A stretch of DNA of 51,120 bases, filler included, from Diploschistes diacapsis (Eukaryota): NCBI GenBank assembly GCA_023645945.1. It is 3 parts of 3 records of this genome, joined end to end, with 100 filler letters (N's around TTAATTAATTAA, not from the genome) between each part and the next. Parts side by side here need not be neighbours in the genome. Positions count along the whole stretch, not along the records: positions 1 to 16,979 come from JALAIB010000476.1; positions 17,080 to 34,052 come from JALAIB010000477.1; 1 more part is not named here. The stretch is one strand, 5' to 3'. Positions within the stretch are counted from its first letter, which is position 1. Every line of letters starts with the position of its first letter. Below are positions 11,669 through 24,365 of the stretch, piece after piece. Below the pieces are notes generated by a model that saw only the letters and a program-made list of their open reading frames with translations, had not been told where the DNA came from and did no database searches. The translations under genes were made by a program, and so were the position numbers.

Positions 11669-12693
11669 TGTGTATAGCTCTTACTGGCTTGCTCGAAGGG
11701 CACGAGATAGTGAAATCAATTCAAAATTTGCGACTTGGCGTCGAATGAAAAGGTTGTTCAGTGAGACAGAGTAGTCTATAGAATTAGATTTGCAGGCGGC
11801 GGGGATGGCAGCGGATCCGATATCTCCGGGTGGGTTATATATGACTACATCAGCTGTTCCCTTGTGATTGCCTGATTAGGTAATTACGCAATCCATACAG
11901 TCACCGCACCCTCGCCAGCCATACCAGGCGCCTCTCTCCACTACGTATAGTGCTTCTTAAGTAGCTCGATCGAGTTGCAAACCGAGCAGATGTGAATATG
12001 TCCACAATATGAAACTACCGCTATCGGAAATTAATAGCTAGGGAGACTTGTGCAAGTTATATATGCATGGGCATTACTGCTGGCTGACGATGCAGCTTGG
12101 CACTGGGCAAAGACGCTGACCGGTCGAGTCTACACAAGCTAGATGAGACAGGTTATCATCCAGGCTCTAGAATGGAGGCCAGTGACGTTGACGAGAATAC
12201 TAGAGAAGAAGACCGGAATCAATAAACCCTCCCGGGTGCGAAAAGCGAGGGACTCGATGGGAATATCGCGGTCGTGTTCGGTTGCCGCTACAGGAGGTCG
12301 CTTGAATGTAGTTTGAATTGGAGCCCCAAAGCGCGCCCCTCTCTGCCCATTTCAGATAATGCTAGATCGGATCTGGGCTTCTGCTTTCGGAAGGCTATCT
12401 AGACCAATCCCCTCCGTCCTTCGTAGCAGGACTTTAAGCGCCGTAACAGGAACCCTCGGTTTGCAGTTGAGCGCACCGACCAGCAGAGCAAGTAAAGCTA
12501 TATCGCTAGTAGTTTTTTGTCCGTATACAGCTTGCGGCAGCGGCCCCATGATAATTGTGGCTTTGAATACTCCAAAGCCTTTCTCTCTGAGTATCCTTTA
12601 CTTGTGGCACCCAGCTCAAGAGTTTGGCCTGCTCTTCAAAGACAGACCCCGTATTGACGTAACCGCACGCGTAGCACTCGTATGAGCCGGTCG

Positions 12694-13475
12694 TCACCCT
12701 GCGGCCCACTTGATTACGCGCCTGCGAATATCTGCCGCAGTTTGCTGATATGGATTCAACTTCATGTCCCTTGCCATGTGCTCAAATTTATCACCATGTT
12801 TCTCTACTAATCTTTCAATCCACTCCATTTCCCTTTGACTTTGGTGTCTCGGCCTCTTCTTGATCTCGACTGAGGCTTGCTCCTCAAGCTCCTTGATAAT
12901 GCCACCTGGTTCTCTGGCGTCATCATTGAATCTAGTGTCTGCGTCTAGAATGTCATTGAGAGGGTCGTTCAAAGGGTTTTGTGATTGGCTCCAGTTTGGA
13001 TCAGTAATGCGCAGAATGACTCCCGTCTCTGGGTCCTTCTCGACGCGAATTTCAGGGGGCAATAATGAGCTGGAGCTCTTGGGAGTGATCGCGAGAGGGT
13101 CCTGATGCCGTTTCGGGAGTGTGTTGTCAGAGTCTGGAATTTCTGATATCGTCTTCTCCACACCACCTGCTCGAGTATTGAGCTTGGCTGTAAGGCCTAG
13201 GCGGCGGTAATTTTGAGCTAGTGTTAGGGACTGGTCCCTACAGATTAGGCAGATCAGCAACAGCGAGCATAGACCGCAGCGACTGAAGACAACACCGGAA
13301 CATAGCAGGGAAACGGGCCGTGATAAAGCAATAGTGATGGAAATAACTTAGATTATACATACCATTTAGCCGCTACAAGCGGGTTACTCTTCGGGTTAAT
13401 GCGCTTAGACTTTCGGTTCGAACGGACTTTAGGTGTCGAGGACTTCCTCTTCTTTTTCTGTCTTTCTCGTCCCAT
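12694..13475 (-). CDS. NOP16: Ribosome biogenesis protein Nop16; intron 13362-13238
   Basis: MGRERQKKKRKSS...NPLVAAKW|DQSLTLAQNYRRLGL and C-terminal QSQREMEWIERLVEKHGD...MARDMKLNPYQQT match the Nop16 family. Confidence 0.92.
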
Positions 13476-13697
13476 GCTGGTTCTGAGAGTGGATCCTGAA
13501 TTGTTAAGTGTGCTTGAAAGACAGAAAAGCTGCGATATCGTGCCGGAGCATGGGCCCCCTTCAGCCTGTACTAAATCGACTGTCGGACCACCCGGGGCGC
13601 GCTCCGGCGGCTCTTCAACTATGTCGATCTTTGTACCAGCAAAGTAGTCAGTTCTGCACGACTCAAAGAAGCAAGGGATATCAGGGATAAAAGAACA

Positions 13698-15086
13698 ATG
13701 ACACCCAGATCACAATGGCGAGGCCTAATTTGCGTTCTCGCTCTCTTCTCGATGGTCGTAAGTCTTGCGCAGGCCAAACTGACAACAGAACAGCTCGACA
13801 AAGCTCTTGAGGCAAGCAGTCCGTCCCAATAGCGATGGCAATTGTTGATCGGATTCCTGCAGACGTGTCCGATCGTTCAACAATTAAGTAAGCAGAAGCG
13901 TGCTGCAGCTCCTGAGGGCTCGAGTATCACCAGTCAGGTCTTCTCCGTGCTCTTCCCAGGAAGTCCGGCTGTCAATGCGTTGCTCGGAACCCTATACATC
14001 TCCGGACCACCAAGTACGTACCATGATTCCTACAGGAACCCTTAAAAGTTACATCCGAAAGTGCTTATGATAGTACCAGATTTTCTTCTTGCTCTATGTC
14101 CTCCCAACATTGACCCGGCCTCGCTGACAGTGATGGTCGCCTTCGCTGTCGGTGGGCTTCTAGGTGATACGCTTTTTCATCTTTTACCCGAGATTTTCTT
14201 GGGCGAGGACACTCCAGACAAGGTACGGTTTGTAATGGTCGAGAATAACAGGAACCTGCTACTAGGTGTGGCAATCATCGTCGGTTTTGTAACGTTTGTT
14301 GCCATGGATAAAGCTCTACGAATTGCAACAGGAGGATCAGGACACAAGCATAGTCACGGCAACTCCCAGGCGGCCATAGCGAATGAGGGAGATTCGACAG
14401 GATCGTCTTCAGGGGTCGAAGCAACGAAAGAGCTTCGGTCACGCAAGGTTGCGCCTAGCGGAAATGACAAGCCGATCGTCCCAGCGCAACCAGAGCCTTC
14501 GACCTCGATAAAGCTTTCAGCCTACTTGAATCTGATCGCTGACTTTACACACAACATTACTGATGGACTTGCGATGTCGTCTTCCTTTTATGCATCTCCA
14601 ACGCTTGGCGCAACAACTACGGCCGCTGTCTTCTTCCACGAAATCCCCCATGAGGTTGGCGACTTCGCCCTTCTTATACAGGGCGGGTTTTCAAAAACCC
14701 AAGCAATGGGCGCGCAGTTCATAACTGCAGCTGGGGCCTTCCTTGGAACCTTTATTGGGATTGCGATTCAGGAGCTTAGCAAGTCAGAACCCAGAGAAGT
14801 TGCAAATCTAAAAGATGCAGCAGGGCTTTTGGGTACCGGCCTGAGCTGGGGGGATATGCTTCTTCCATTTACTGCTGGGACTTTTCTTTATGTTGGAACC
14901 GTGGCAGTTATCCCGGAACTGCTCGAGACTGGTGACAACAAGAGACAAGAGCTATTGAAAACCGCGCAGCAATTTGCTGCAATGGCTGCTGGTGCTGGCA
15001 TCATGATTGTGTAAGTACTACAACCTGCAATATTCTTCAAGATCATCCCTACTAACTTACCTTGTCATAGTATTTCTTGGTCCTAG
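13698..15086 (+). CDS. YKE4: ZIP family (LIV-1/ZIP7, Yke4-like) ER zinc transporter; introns 13812-13862 (GC-AG), ~14014-14099, 15011-15070
   Basis: Signal peptide MTPRSQWRGLICVLALFSMVVSLAQA; FAVGGLLGDTLFHLLPE, a His-rich loop, ADFTHNITDGLA and the HEIPHEVGDF signature. Confidence 0.9.
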
Positions 15087-15445
15087 ACCGGGTAATGGAA
15101 GGATCCTTTAGTTGATACAATTTAGACATGAACCCATAGATGAATTGGAGATTTTAAAGCATATGCGTAAGAAAACAGTGACAACTGCTGGTTCTTTTAT
15201 TTTTAGAGAAAGATAGAGTGCTCCAAATACCCATAGATATAATTTAGTGAGGAAAAAAGAAGAATATGCAGTTGATTTCTTTTTGAAGTTAACGAGGCTG
15301 AGGTTGAAGCGGAGGGATTACGGATAAAACTTTATCCGCCGAACCCCATCCGGCCTATTTCTGGCCGAGCTTGCATCTCTTGTGCCCAATATATGAGCTC
15401 CAGATTCGTGTTTGTGGCTCTTACTAATTGCCCGGTTTAGACAAA

Positions 15446-16979
15446 ATGGCGGACGCGGACAAGGAAAAAGCGGAGAAGCTAGCCGCTGCTAGGAAACGGG
15501 TAAGATTTCACAGTCCATGCGCGTCTGAAGCATTAAGAAGCTTACAACGACGATTTCTAGGTTGAGCAATTGAAGAAACAGAAGGAAAAGGGCAAGAAGA
15601 CTGGGAAGGAAAGTGAGAAAAGGAAGGATACCAGCAAAAGCATGGTCAAAGAAGCAGCTGCCAAACCCGAGGAGGCCAAGAAAGAGCCAGTGGATGCTGC
15701 TCCAGTTACAGCCGAACCCGAGACAATCGAAAATGAAGCTGAGAAAGACGATAAGGTGGATTCACTCGAAAAGAGCGAGGAGGAGAAAGCCCCGTCGTTA
15801 GAAGATGGAGAGCCGAGGAGCCAGAGCCCACCCGAGCAAGATATACCTCCTCGACAATCTCATGGCCGGCAGCCGTCACTGAGCATCCAATCTAAGCTGC
15901 GATCAAGCTCCTTCCGCCAAGCATCAGGCGGCATGCCAGTCTCACCATCCGGAGGTGGCAGCAGTAGCCTTGCGCCTTTAAGCCCAGACGGCAACGCAAT
16001 GGGCGAGATCTACCGCAAGCAAGCTGTGCGGCTAGACGAGCTGGAGAGGGAGAACAAGCGGCTCAACAAGGATCTCGAGGCTTCAGAGAACCGGTGGCGC
16101 AAAGCAGAAGAAGAACTAGAAGAACTCCGCTCGAGCAGCGCCCAGATCGCCGAGTTTAAGTCTCGCGCCGAGAAGGCAGAAGCCAAATCAGAGGAAATAA
16201 ACAAACTTGTACGCCCGCCCTTCCGTCTCCTCACCCATGCCGCACCATCCTTCTCTCTCGCTAACAACACCATCTAGAACCTTGAAATCCAATCCCTAAC
16301 CCGCCAAAACGCCCACCTCCAATCCCTCACCAGCATCCGCCCACGCGACCGCCAGGGCAGCATCTCCCTTCCCCCTCCCTCCCCTTCCTCCCCTATACCG
16401 TCCGACCTGCACGCCCAACTCGCCTCCAAATCCGCCGCTATCGAAAACATGGAGATGGTAATCTCCAACCTCCACGCCCAGCTCTCCTCCTCCTCCACCA
16501 CCTCGACCTCCGCCTCGGAACAAATTTCCGCCCTCGAAGAGAAAATCGAGCGTGCCGAGCGCGCCGCGGGATCCGCGCAACGAGAATTGCTAGACGCGCG
16601 GAAGAACCTCGACCGAGCGAGCGAGAAGGCGGTGCGCGAGGGCACAGAGCGCACGAGCGCGCGGGTGCGGATGGGGGAATTAGAGAGGGAAGTAGTGGAG
16701 CACTCGAAGAATGCGGAGGAGAGCGGGAGGAAGGCGGAGATGTTGGACAAGAAGCTCGGTGCGCTCACGAACCTGCACAAGGAGGCTGATGCGCGGCGAC
16801 GGGAGGGTGAGCGTGAGGTTGGGGAGATGAGGAAGAGGATTGTTGGGCTGGAGAATGAGAATGGGCGGATTAGGAGGGAGTTGGAGAGGTTGAGGAAGCA
16901 GACGGCGGGGCACCGGAAGGAGGGGGAGAACGAGAAGGAGGAGGGGTTGGAAGAGTTGGAGGATGAGGAGAGGGGGAGG
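15446..16979 (+). CDS. Coiled-coil golgin-like protein (Bug1/GM130-type N-terminus; often annotated as M-protein repeat protein), 3' truncated at the contig end; introns 15500-15560, 16209-16277
   Basis: Spliced N-terminus MADADKEKAEKLAAARKRVEQLKKQKEK, followed by an acidic region, SLSIQSKLRSSSFR, EIYRKQAVRLDELERENKRL and long heptad repeats running into the N spacer. Confidence 0.75.
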
Positions 16980-17079
16980 NNNNNNNNNNNNNNNNNNNNN
17001 NNNNNNNNNNNNNNNNNNNNNNNTTAATTAATTAANNNNNNNNNNNNNNNNNNNNNNNNNNNNNNNNNNNNNNNNNNNN
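16980..17079. other. Artificial contig-joining spacer (44 N + TTAATTAATTAA + 44 N)
   Basis: Exactly 100 nt with a six-frame stop linker at 17024-17035; identical to the spacer at 34053-34152. Confidence 0.97.
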
Positions 17080-17278
17080 GGGCAAAAGGATGGGTTCGAG
17101 AATGGGAAGGAGAGGGCCAAGGGCCTACTTGGTGGGCTGAGGAGGTTGAGGGAGGAGATTTACTTGGAATGATGTGCCATCACGAAGCAAGGCAGCGAAA
17201 GTGGTTTTCTACTTTTTAGCTTCAACAGCCGCTCATGCAATTTTGGTCTCTATATGACCGCTTGCTTCTACTTTGTCT

Positions 17279-19061
17279 TTAATCTTCCCCTCCACCCATC
17301 CCCCCCCCGCTCTGTTTTGCGCTCTTCGCCCCACAGATATCGTCCACTCTCAGCAACAGACACGCGCTCTCCACTGCTGTCTTGATGCTTTGCAGCTTTA
17401 CCGCCTCCGGCTCCCAGACCCTCAGCTCCTTCATATCCACAATCTTCCCAGTATCCCCGTCAATCCCAAACGTGTGTTTCCCCTCTGCGTGCTTGGCCCT
17501 CAGTTCACTGAGCGCAGGTAGGATCGCGCTCGAGCCCGAATTCTGTACGAGCGTCCGAGGAATGACCTCCATTGCCTCTGCCACGCCACGATACGGCCAC
17601 TGCGCGACGCCTTCGACGTTCTTCGAGCGCTGAGCGAGCTTGACGGCTATGGCCATCTCTGTCGCTCCACCACCTGGCGCAAGGCGTGGGTGGAACATGA
17701 TGTTTCGCGCGACAGACATGGCGTCTGTGAGGTTGCGTTCTATCTCGTTGAGGATATCTTTTGACGGGCCTCGAAGAAGGATCGTACAGGCCTTGGGGTC
17801 TCTGCATTTGCTCATGAAGGTAAAGTACTCGTCCCCAATCTTCTCGATCTCGAAAAGCCCGCAGTGCGTACCGACGTCCGACTCCTGCAGATCATCCACG
17901 CGATTGACGATAGTAGCGCCTGTGGCACGAGCTATGCGGTTGTTGTCTGTCTTGCGCACGCGACGTAGGGCGGTGATGTTGTGTTTCACTAGGAAATGTT
18001 GTGCCAGGTCCGAGACGCCTTTCTCTGTGATGACCAGGTCGGGCTTCATGGCAAGGATAGCATCGCACATGGCTTTGACTTGCTCCTCTTCTATTTGCAG
18101 GATGCGGTTCCAATCTTCTTCTTTGCTGATTTCAATGTTGGTCTGGGATTCGCCCTTCTTGTATTCAAGGGGGCAGTCGAGGAGAACGATGCGCGGATTC
18201 TCGATTCGCCGCCGCATCTTTGGGTGTGTGATGTCCTTATTTAGCATAACGCCGTCGAGGACCCGCGAGTCTTCAATTTCACCACCAGGTACCTTCTCAA
18301 CACGGGCGTAGCGCTTGATGTCCACCTCTTTCTTGCCGCCACCAACCTCCCAGGTGACGGTCCGAACAGCTCTCAAAGCAAGGTTGCACATCAGCTCTGA
18401 CCATCTTGCCACGAACTTTGTGTTTATTGACGAGGCAATTAGCTCGTACATGGCTTTGTCGTTGTTGATATCCACAGGTATCGAAACCTCCTCAACGATG
18501 TTGATGGCATCGGCCAAGGCCCTCTTGAAGGCCGATATTATGACTACTGGATGGATTTTCCGTTCAAGTTGTGGTAGCGCATGTGCTAGTATTTCGCCAG
18601 CTATTCCGATCAGCACTACAGCCTCCTAAGGCAGGAAGGTGCGTCGCTCACCGAGTATTATTACGGTGGTGGTACCGTCGCCAACCTCTTCGTCTTGCGT
18701 TCGGCTCAGCTCAATCATGCTTTTCGCAGCCGGATGTGAAACCTCGATCTCTCGTAATATTGCGTGACCATCATTCGTCAGTACAATGCCTCCCATAGGA
18801 TCCAGCAGCATCTTCAACATAGCTTTCGGCCCCAGGCATGATCGTATAATGTCGGCGACCCTATATGGGGTTAGGCCACAGAGTGCATATAGATATTTGC
18901 GGGTTTGAGTTACTGACGTTTTCGCAGCTGTGATATTTGACAGCTGCGCTTTTCTTCCAAATTGCCGATCGCCCGCCTGGGTATCTGGAGAAAGTCAACA
19001 GTCACACCAAGGCTGAAGGAGGCTCCGGGCTCATACTCATAACCACCACTGGCGCCTGCAT
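17279..19061 (-). CDS. CCT3: T-complex protein 1 subunit gamma (chaperonin CCT3); 3 introns in the 5' region
   Basis: MQAPVVVM start, [97 protein letters not shown]. Confidence 0.97.
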
Positions 19062-19690
19062 GATGGAGGCTATTTTCGAGAGATACTGCAGTCGCTGGTT
19101 GTGTTCACAAAACTCGAGTCCAAATAGGTCGCGTAAGTGCGAGTGCAAAGCTTAGCTTTGAATCTTTAGGCGAGCGGTCGGCCAAGTTCCCCAATCTATA
19201 AAAATCAATGTAGGCAAGGTGAGAGCAGTCTCGTAACTGCTTTCATGTGTTCAATTCCTCTAGAACAAAATCCAATTAAAGTTGACACAGGGTTAAAGTT
19301 TGATTGCGAAGCGAGAACGTAGTCAAATATCGTGTTCTTTCACGGTGGTGACATTTGCAGGATATCTACTTCGTATATATCGCGGCGATAGCTCGGATGT
19401 GTACAGACTTCACTGCATTAGGACTTCCTAAAGCGCTGTCATATACAACGGTATTGCACTTCAGATAGTACCAACTTTAATTACACAGTCAATACACATG
19501 AAACATGCATCAAGTGTCATTTGGGTGCGGGACTAGGTATGGTATAATATCAATGTTTGTGTTTTTAAAATGTGTGTTACAGCTAGTATTGCCATAAATT
19601 TATGACAGAAATATGCAAAATATGCATCAGCTCAACATACTCGTGATTTCTCGTGATTTGAGCCCAGCCTCGAAACTTCTCGCCGTTCCC

Positions 19691-20657
19691 TCAATCCAGG
19701 AATTCATCTCCACTCTCTTTCAAGATCACATCAAACTCCGGCTTGGCGCTGAACCAACCTGCGCGCGGTGTTCCAACCGTCTTGTATGTGAAGGCTGCGT
19801 CTTCGTCATCTATCTTCTTAGTATTACCTCCTTGACCAGCAGCTGCAGCATCAGCCAGTAGCTGCGCGTGGCAGCATTTTTCCAGGCTCATAAACCAGAA
19901 CACGGCCTCCTCAACCGTCTTGCCTGTGGTAAGTAGACCGTGGTTCTGCAGCAAGACAGCTTTGCGTTGGCCGAGACACGAGGCAATGTTGCGACCCTCT
20001 TCGGCTGCAAGAACGACACCGTTGAAAGAGGTGTAAAGGGCAAGATCCTAAAACAGATCAGCAAAGCGCTTCGAAATATACCGATATAGGAGCTAAATTC
20101 ACGTTGTAGAAGGCGCAGGAATCCTGAGTGATAATGTCTAGAGTCTTCCCAAGTGTGCAAAACGCACGCCCGTAAATACTGTGACTGTGGGCCGCAGCAA
20201 TTACGTCCGGACGTGCGGCGTGGACCGCATGATGGATCATATACGCTGCAGTGTTCAAGAGCCTCGTCTTGCCACCTTCTACAATATCCCCATTGCTATC
20301 CACTCTTATCAGGTCACTTCGCTTCATCAATCTGAACGATACTCCAAATGGATTCACCCAAAAGGAGTCTGGTTCAACTGGATCTCGAACCGTAATATGG
20401 CCGGCGACGCCCTCTTCAAAGCCAAGCTTACCGAATATGCGAAAGGCGGCAGTGAGGCGACCCTTGAGGTACTCACGCTCCTCGTGTTTGTCATCGAAGG
20501 TTGGGGCTTTGGGAAAGGCAGGCATCTTTTTAGCGGCAGTCTGATTGGAAATACCGGGCTCGTGAGGAACGTCGTTCGATGGCATAGTTCCATTGGCGTG
20601 GCCGTTGATGTGACCGTTCGTGGAAGGCTCGTGCGTAGTTGCTGAAGGTGGAGGCAT
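19691..20657 (-). CDS. Class II aldolase/adducin-domain protein; intron 20102-20048
   Basis: EEGVAGHITVRDP, FWVNPFG, IHHAVHAARPDVIAAAHSHS and LLQNHGLLT (metal-binding His pattern of class II aldolases). Confidence 0.92.
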
Positions 20658-21373
20658 TTCGTCGGAGGATTATCGGTCTCACGATGGAAAAGACTTCGTA
20701 GAAACAAAGAAGATGTGCCTTAAAACTGGCCAAAATAGTCCTCAAAAGGAAGAGAGCAACAACTTTCAATATTTACACTAGGAAGAGATGTAGAACTTTG
20801 TATTGAAAGTGAAGAACACCAGTAGAGTATGAAAAGAGATGAAGACTTGGTTAACGAAAAATGGGATCAAGACCAATACGAACCAGAGCTTTCTATTTAA
20901 CGCTCTCCTCGGTTTCCTTCTTGCTAGCAGCGTGGCGACTTGTTCATCAAAGAGGGGACCACGTTACCTCTCCACCTCGAAAGATGTGGCATGACGATGA
21001 TAGGTGACGATGATGGGCAGAAGGAGAAGTTTAACATGCAGAGCTAGTAAGGAGGTGTAAAAGGGTGCTAAATTAAAGTGATGCGGAGAACCCCTTGTGG
21101 TTGATCTGCCTCGGCTATTGTGGGCGCACTGTTGCAGACTGCAGTGGCTGGTCTGTCACTGACGTGAGCTCCGAGTTGTGATAGGAAGCTTGAGCTTCAA
21201 CTCTAGCCTTTGCTGCTTACGGACACTACAACAGCCTGCCCCTGACACGTAATAATACCTCAATTGAACCCTTGCTTCAGCATAATCTATCAAATACGCG
21301 CTTTCGAATATTCCGCCTAGCTCCTCCATGTTCGGTACAGGGCCCATCTCACACCATCACACCTCTTGTAAAC

Positions 21374-24365
21374 ATGGGGAAACGCGGGGGTAAGGTAAGC
21401 CCTAATCGCCCAAAACGTTTCAAGGATAATGTCTGACCTTCGAAAAGCGAGGGAGAGGGCGCGGAGGCAGAGGTAGAGACAATCAGCGCCCAGCGATACG
21501 CAGAGACCCCGTCGTTGTCCCCAAAGCAAATAGACTCTACGAAAAATACTACAATGAGCTTGGGATAATCCCTGAAGATGAGCGTGATGCTTTTTGGGAA
21601 ACACTGCGCAATGAACTGCCGAATAGCTGGCGCTTCACAGGGTCGAAGGGGTACGTAAAGTAGGACACCAATGCTAGACCGATTAATCAATTCGATAGGC
21701 ATGCCATTCCGGTCTTAAAGCGCCTAAAATCATACTACATACCACACATTGCTACGTTGACACACGAGGGCCAACCAGTCGACCCGCCACAACCGTTACC
21801 TTGGTACCCGAATGAAATGGCATGGCAGATGACAACCCCGAAACATGTCGTTAGAAAATACGCACCATTTGCGGAGTTCAAGAAATACTTGGTGTCCGAG
21901 AATTATGTTGGGAATATTAGTCGGCAGGAAGTCGTCAGCATGGTGCCACCTCTTGTCATGGATGTCAAGCCGGGCATGACCGTCTTGGATCTTTGCGCAG
22001 CTCCTGGAAGCAAGACCGCTCAATTGATAGAAATGGTTCATGGCGGCGAAGAGGCTCGGATGCGAAAGGTCATAAAAGAATTGCGGCAATGGGAAGGGCG
22101 AGAAGTTAGTCCAGATGGTAAAGAGATCGACGACGAGGTCAAGGAGGAGGAGCAGGAGGGGGACTGGGCAGATGATGGCCGAGCGACTGGTCTAGTTATC
22201 GCAAACGATTCCGATTACAAAAGAGCGCATATGCTTATACACCAAACCAAGCGCTTGAATTCTCCCAATCTGATCGTTACCAATCACGATGCCTCTCAAT
22301 TCCCTTCCATTAAGCTCCCATCAGACCCAACGTCAGAGGGTGGGTCTGCCCAGAACAAGTATCTAAAGTTTGACCGAATTCTGGCAGACGTGCCTTGTTC
22401 TGGAGACGGAACTCCTCGGAAAAATATCAATGTGTGGAAAGATTGGACGTCTCTCAATGGCATCGGCCTGCACCCACTGCAAACTCGGATCCTTGTTCGC
22501 GCTCTGCAAATGCTCAAGGTGGGCGGCAGAGTTGTCTACTCAACCTGCAGCATGAATCCTGTCGAGAATGAAGCTGTGGTAGAGACAGCAATTGACAGAT
22601 GCGGAGGCTCAAGCAAAGTTGAAATCGTGGACTGCTCCGCTCTGCTACCGGGTTTGAAAAGACGCCCTGGGATAAGCTCGTGGAAAGTTATGGACAAGAC
22701 TGGTAGGTTTTGGGACAGTTGGGAACAAGTTGTGAAACAACAAGAAGAGTTTGGGAGTGAAGGACTTGGCAAGCTTTTCCCTACAATGTTTCCTCGCAAT
22801 GGTGCAGAGGAACGTTTGCCACTTGAAAGATGCGTCAGGGTCTATCCGCATCTACAGGACACCGGCGCTTTCTTCATAACCGTGCTACAAAAAAAGAGTG
22901 AGATCAAGGCCAAGCCAGAAGGGCAACAACCAGCAAACATGAGTGTTATAGATGCAGCTAGATCTGCCGAAGTGGAGAAGGATCTCGCTATACGGGATGC
23001 TGTCGAAGACAATCCAGGGCCAGTCATGTCTATAATTAACGAAATCGAGTCGAAAGAGCCAACCAAGTCTGACCAAGCCCCTCATATCGCTGCTGCTGAC
23101 GGGTTTGTGCCTCCAGCTGTCGAGCGCGCAGAAAGTAACCCCTCTGCGGCTGAGCGACAAAACCAGGCGAACGTTCCGACGGCACCAGTCTCCGCTCAGA
23201 AACGATTGATAGCCGCAGAGGGCGACGTTTATCAAGCTGCCAAACGAGTCCGTGTGTCTGGGGATGACGGAGCTGCGCCTGGAGATGCGGCTGCTGCACC
23301 AGGAGACGAAGATCGCATCGTCCATTACCCGCCTCCACCGAGTGCACAGCTAGAAGAGAAGGACAATACTCGGTCCAGATCAACAATGAATGGGGCACCC
23401 AAGAAGGAACAGCAATTTGAAGAGCCTTTCAAGTACCTTGATTCGAACCATGCAGAGCTCGAAGGTATCTACAGATTCTATGGGCTGCATGAAAGATTCC
23501 CTCGGAGTCGCTTTTTGGTTCGCAATATCGAAGGGTACCCAAACAAAACGATTTACTACACCTCAGCCTTAGCAAAAGGCATACTGCAAGAGAACGAAGG
23601 GTCGGGTATAAAGTTTATTCATTGTGGCATCAAAGCCTTTGTCAAGCAAGATGTTCCGAGGGAAGATGTATGCAAATGGCGAATACAAACTGATGGGCTT
23701 GCGATGCTTGAGTCTTGGGTAAGCGAAGAGCGTGTGGTCAGATTACATAGTAAAAAAACTTTGCGGCCACTGCTGCTGGAGATGTTCCCACGCATCGACG
23801 GGGAGGAGTGGAAGAAGCTGGGAGAGGTTGGAGAGCAGTTGCTGGATGCAAGCTTGGGCTGCCATGTGCTCCGTGTCGAGAAGGGCGAAGGTGACGATGG
23901 ATTCGAGTAGGCTGATGCCTTATCCGGACCGTTGACTTTTACATTACTGACACAAGAAATAGGGAACGCATGGTCCTGCCCTTATGGCGAAGTCCCGCCT
24001 CAGTGAACCTGATGCTACCCAAAGAAGATCGGAAAGCAATGCTACTTCGGCTATATAACGACGAGACCCCTCTACAAGACAACGCGAAGCAACGGTCGAA
24101 AGACAAGATCGAGGTCAAGGCTGCAGAGCTCGAGGAAGAAGAGGAGGAGGAGAAGGAGGAGAAGGCACGCGCAAACACATCAAGTGGGGACGAGGCACCT
24201 GAGCCGAGCGGCGAACCGGATATCCAGGACGACCCGAGCGCAGTGGGCCATATCCGCTTACCGAACGCGGACCAGGAGCGAGAGGCAGAGTTGGAGGTCG
24301 GTTTAGCAACGGGGCATATTGATGAAAAGTACGTTGCGGAGCAGATGGTGAAGGATGCTAGCTAG
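21374..24365 (+). CDS. NCL1: tRNA (cytosine-5)-methyltransferase Ncl1/Trm4 (NSUN2); introns ~21395-21447, ~21651-21699, ~23907-23961
   Basis: GNISRQEVVSMVPP, VLDLCAAPGSKTAQL, FDRILADVPCSGDGTPRKN, VVYSTCSMNPVENE, PHLQDTGAFF. Confidence 0.95.

Noticed and set aside
17024..17035. TTAATTAATTAA (PacI-like / piggyBac TTAA target) motif, also at 34097-34108
   Set aside because: Centred in N runs of identical design; a synthetic six-frame stop linker, not biology.
17080..17172. Sequence after the first spacer as a continuation of the golgin-like CDS
   Set aside because: Belongs to a different contig; no basis for joining.
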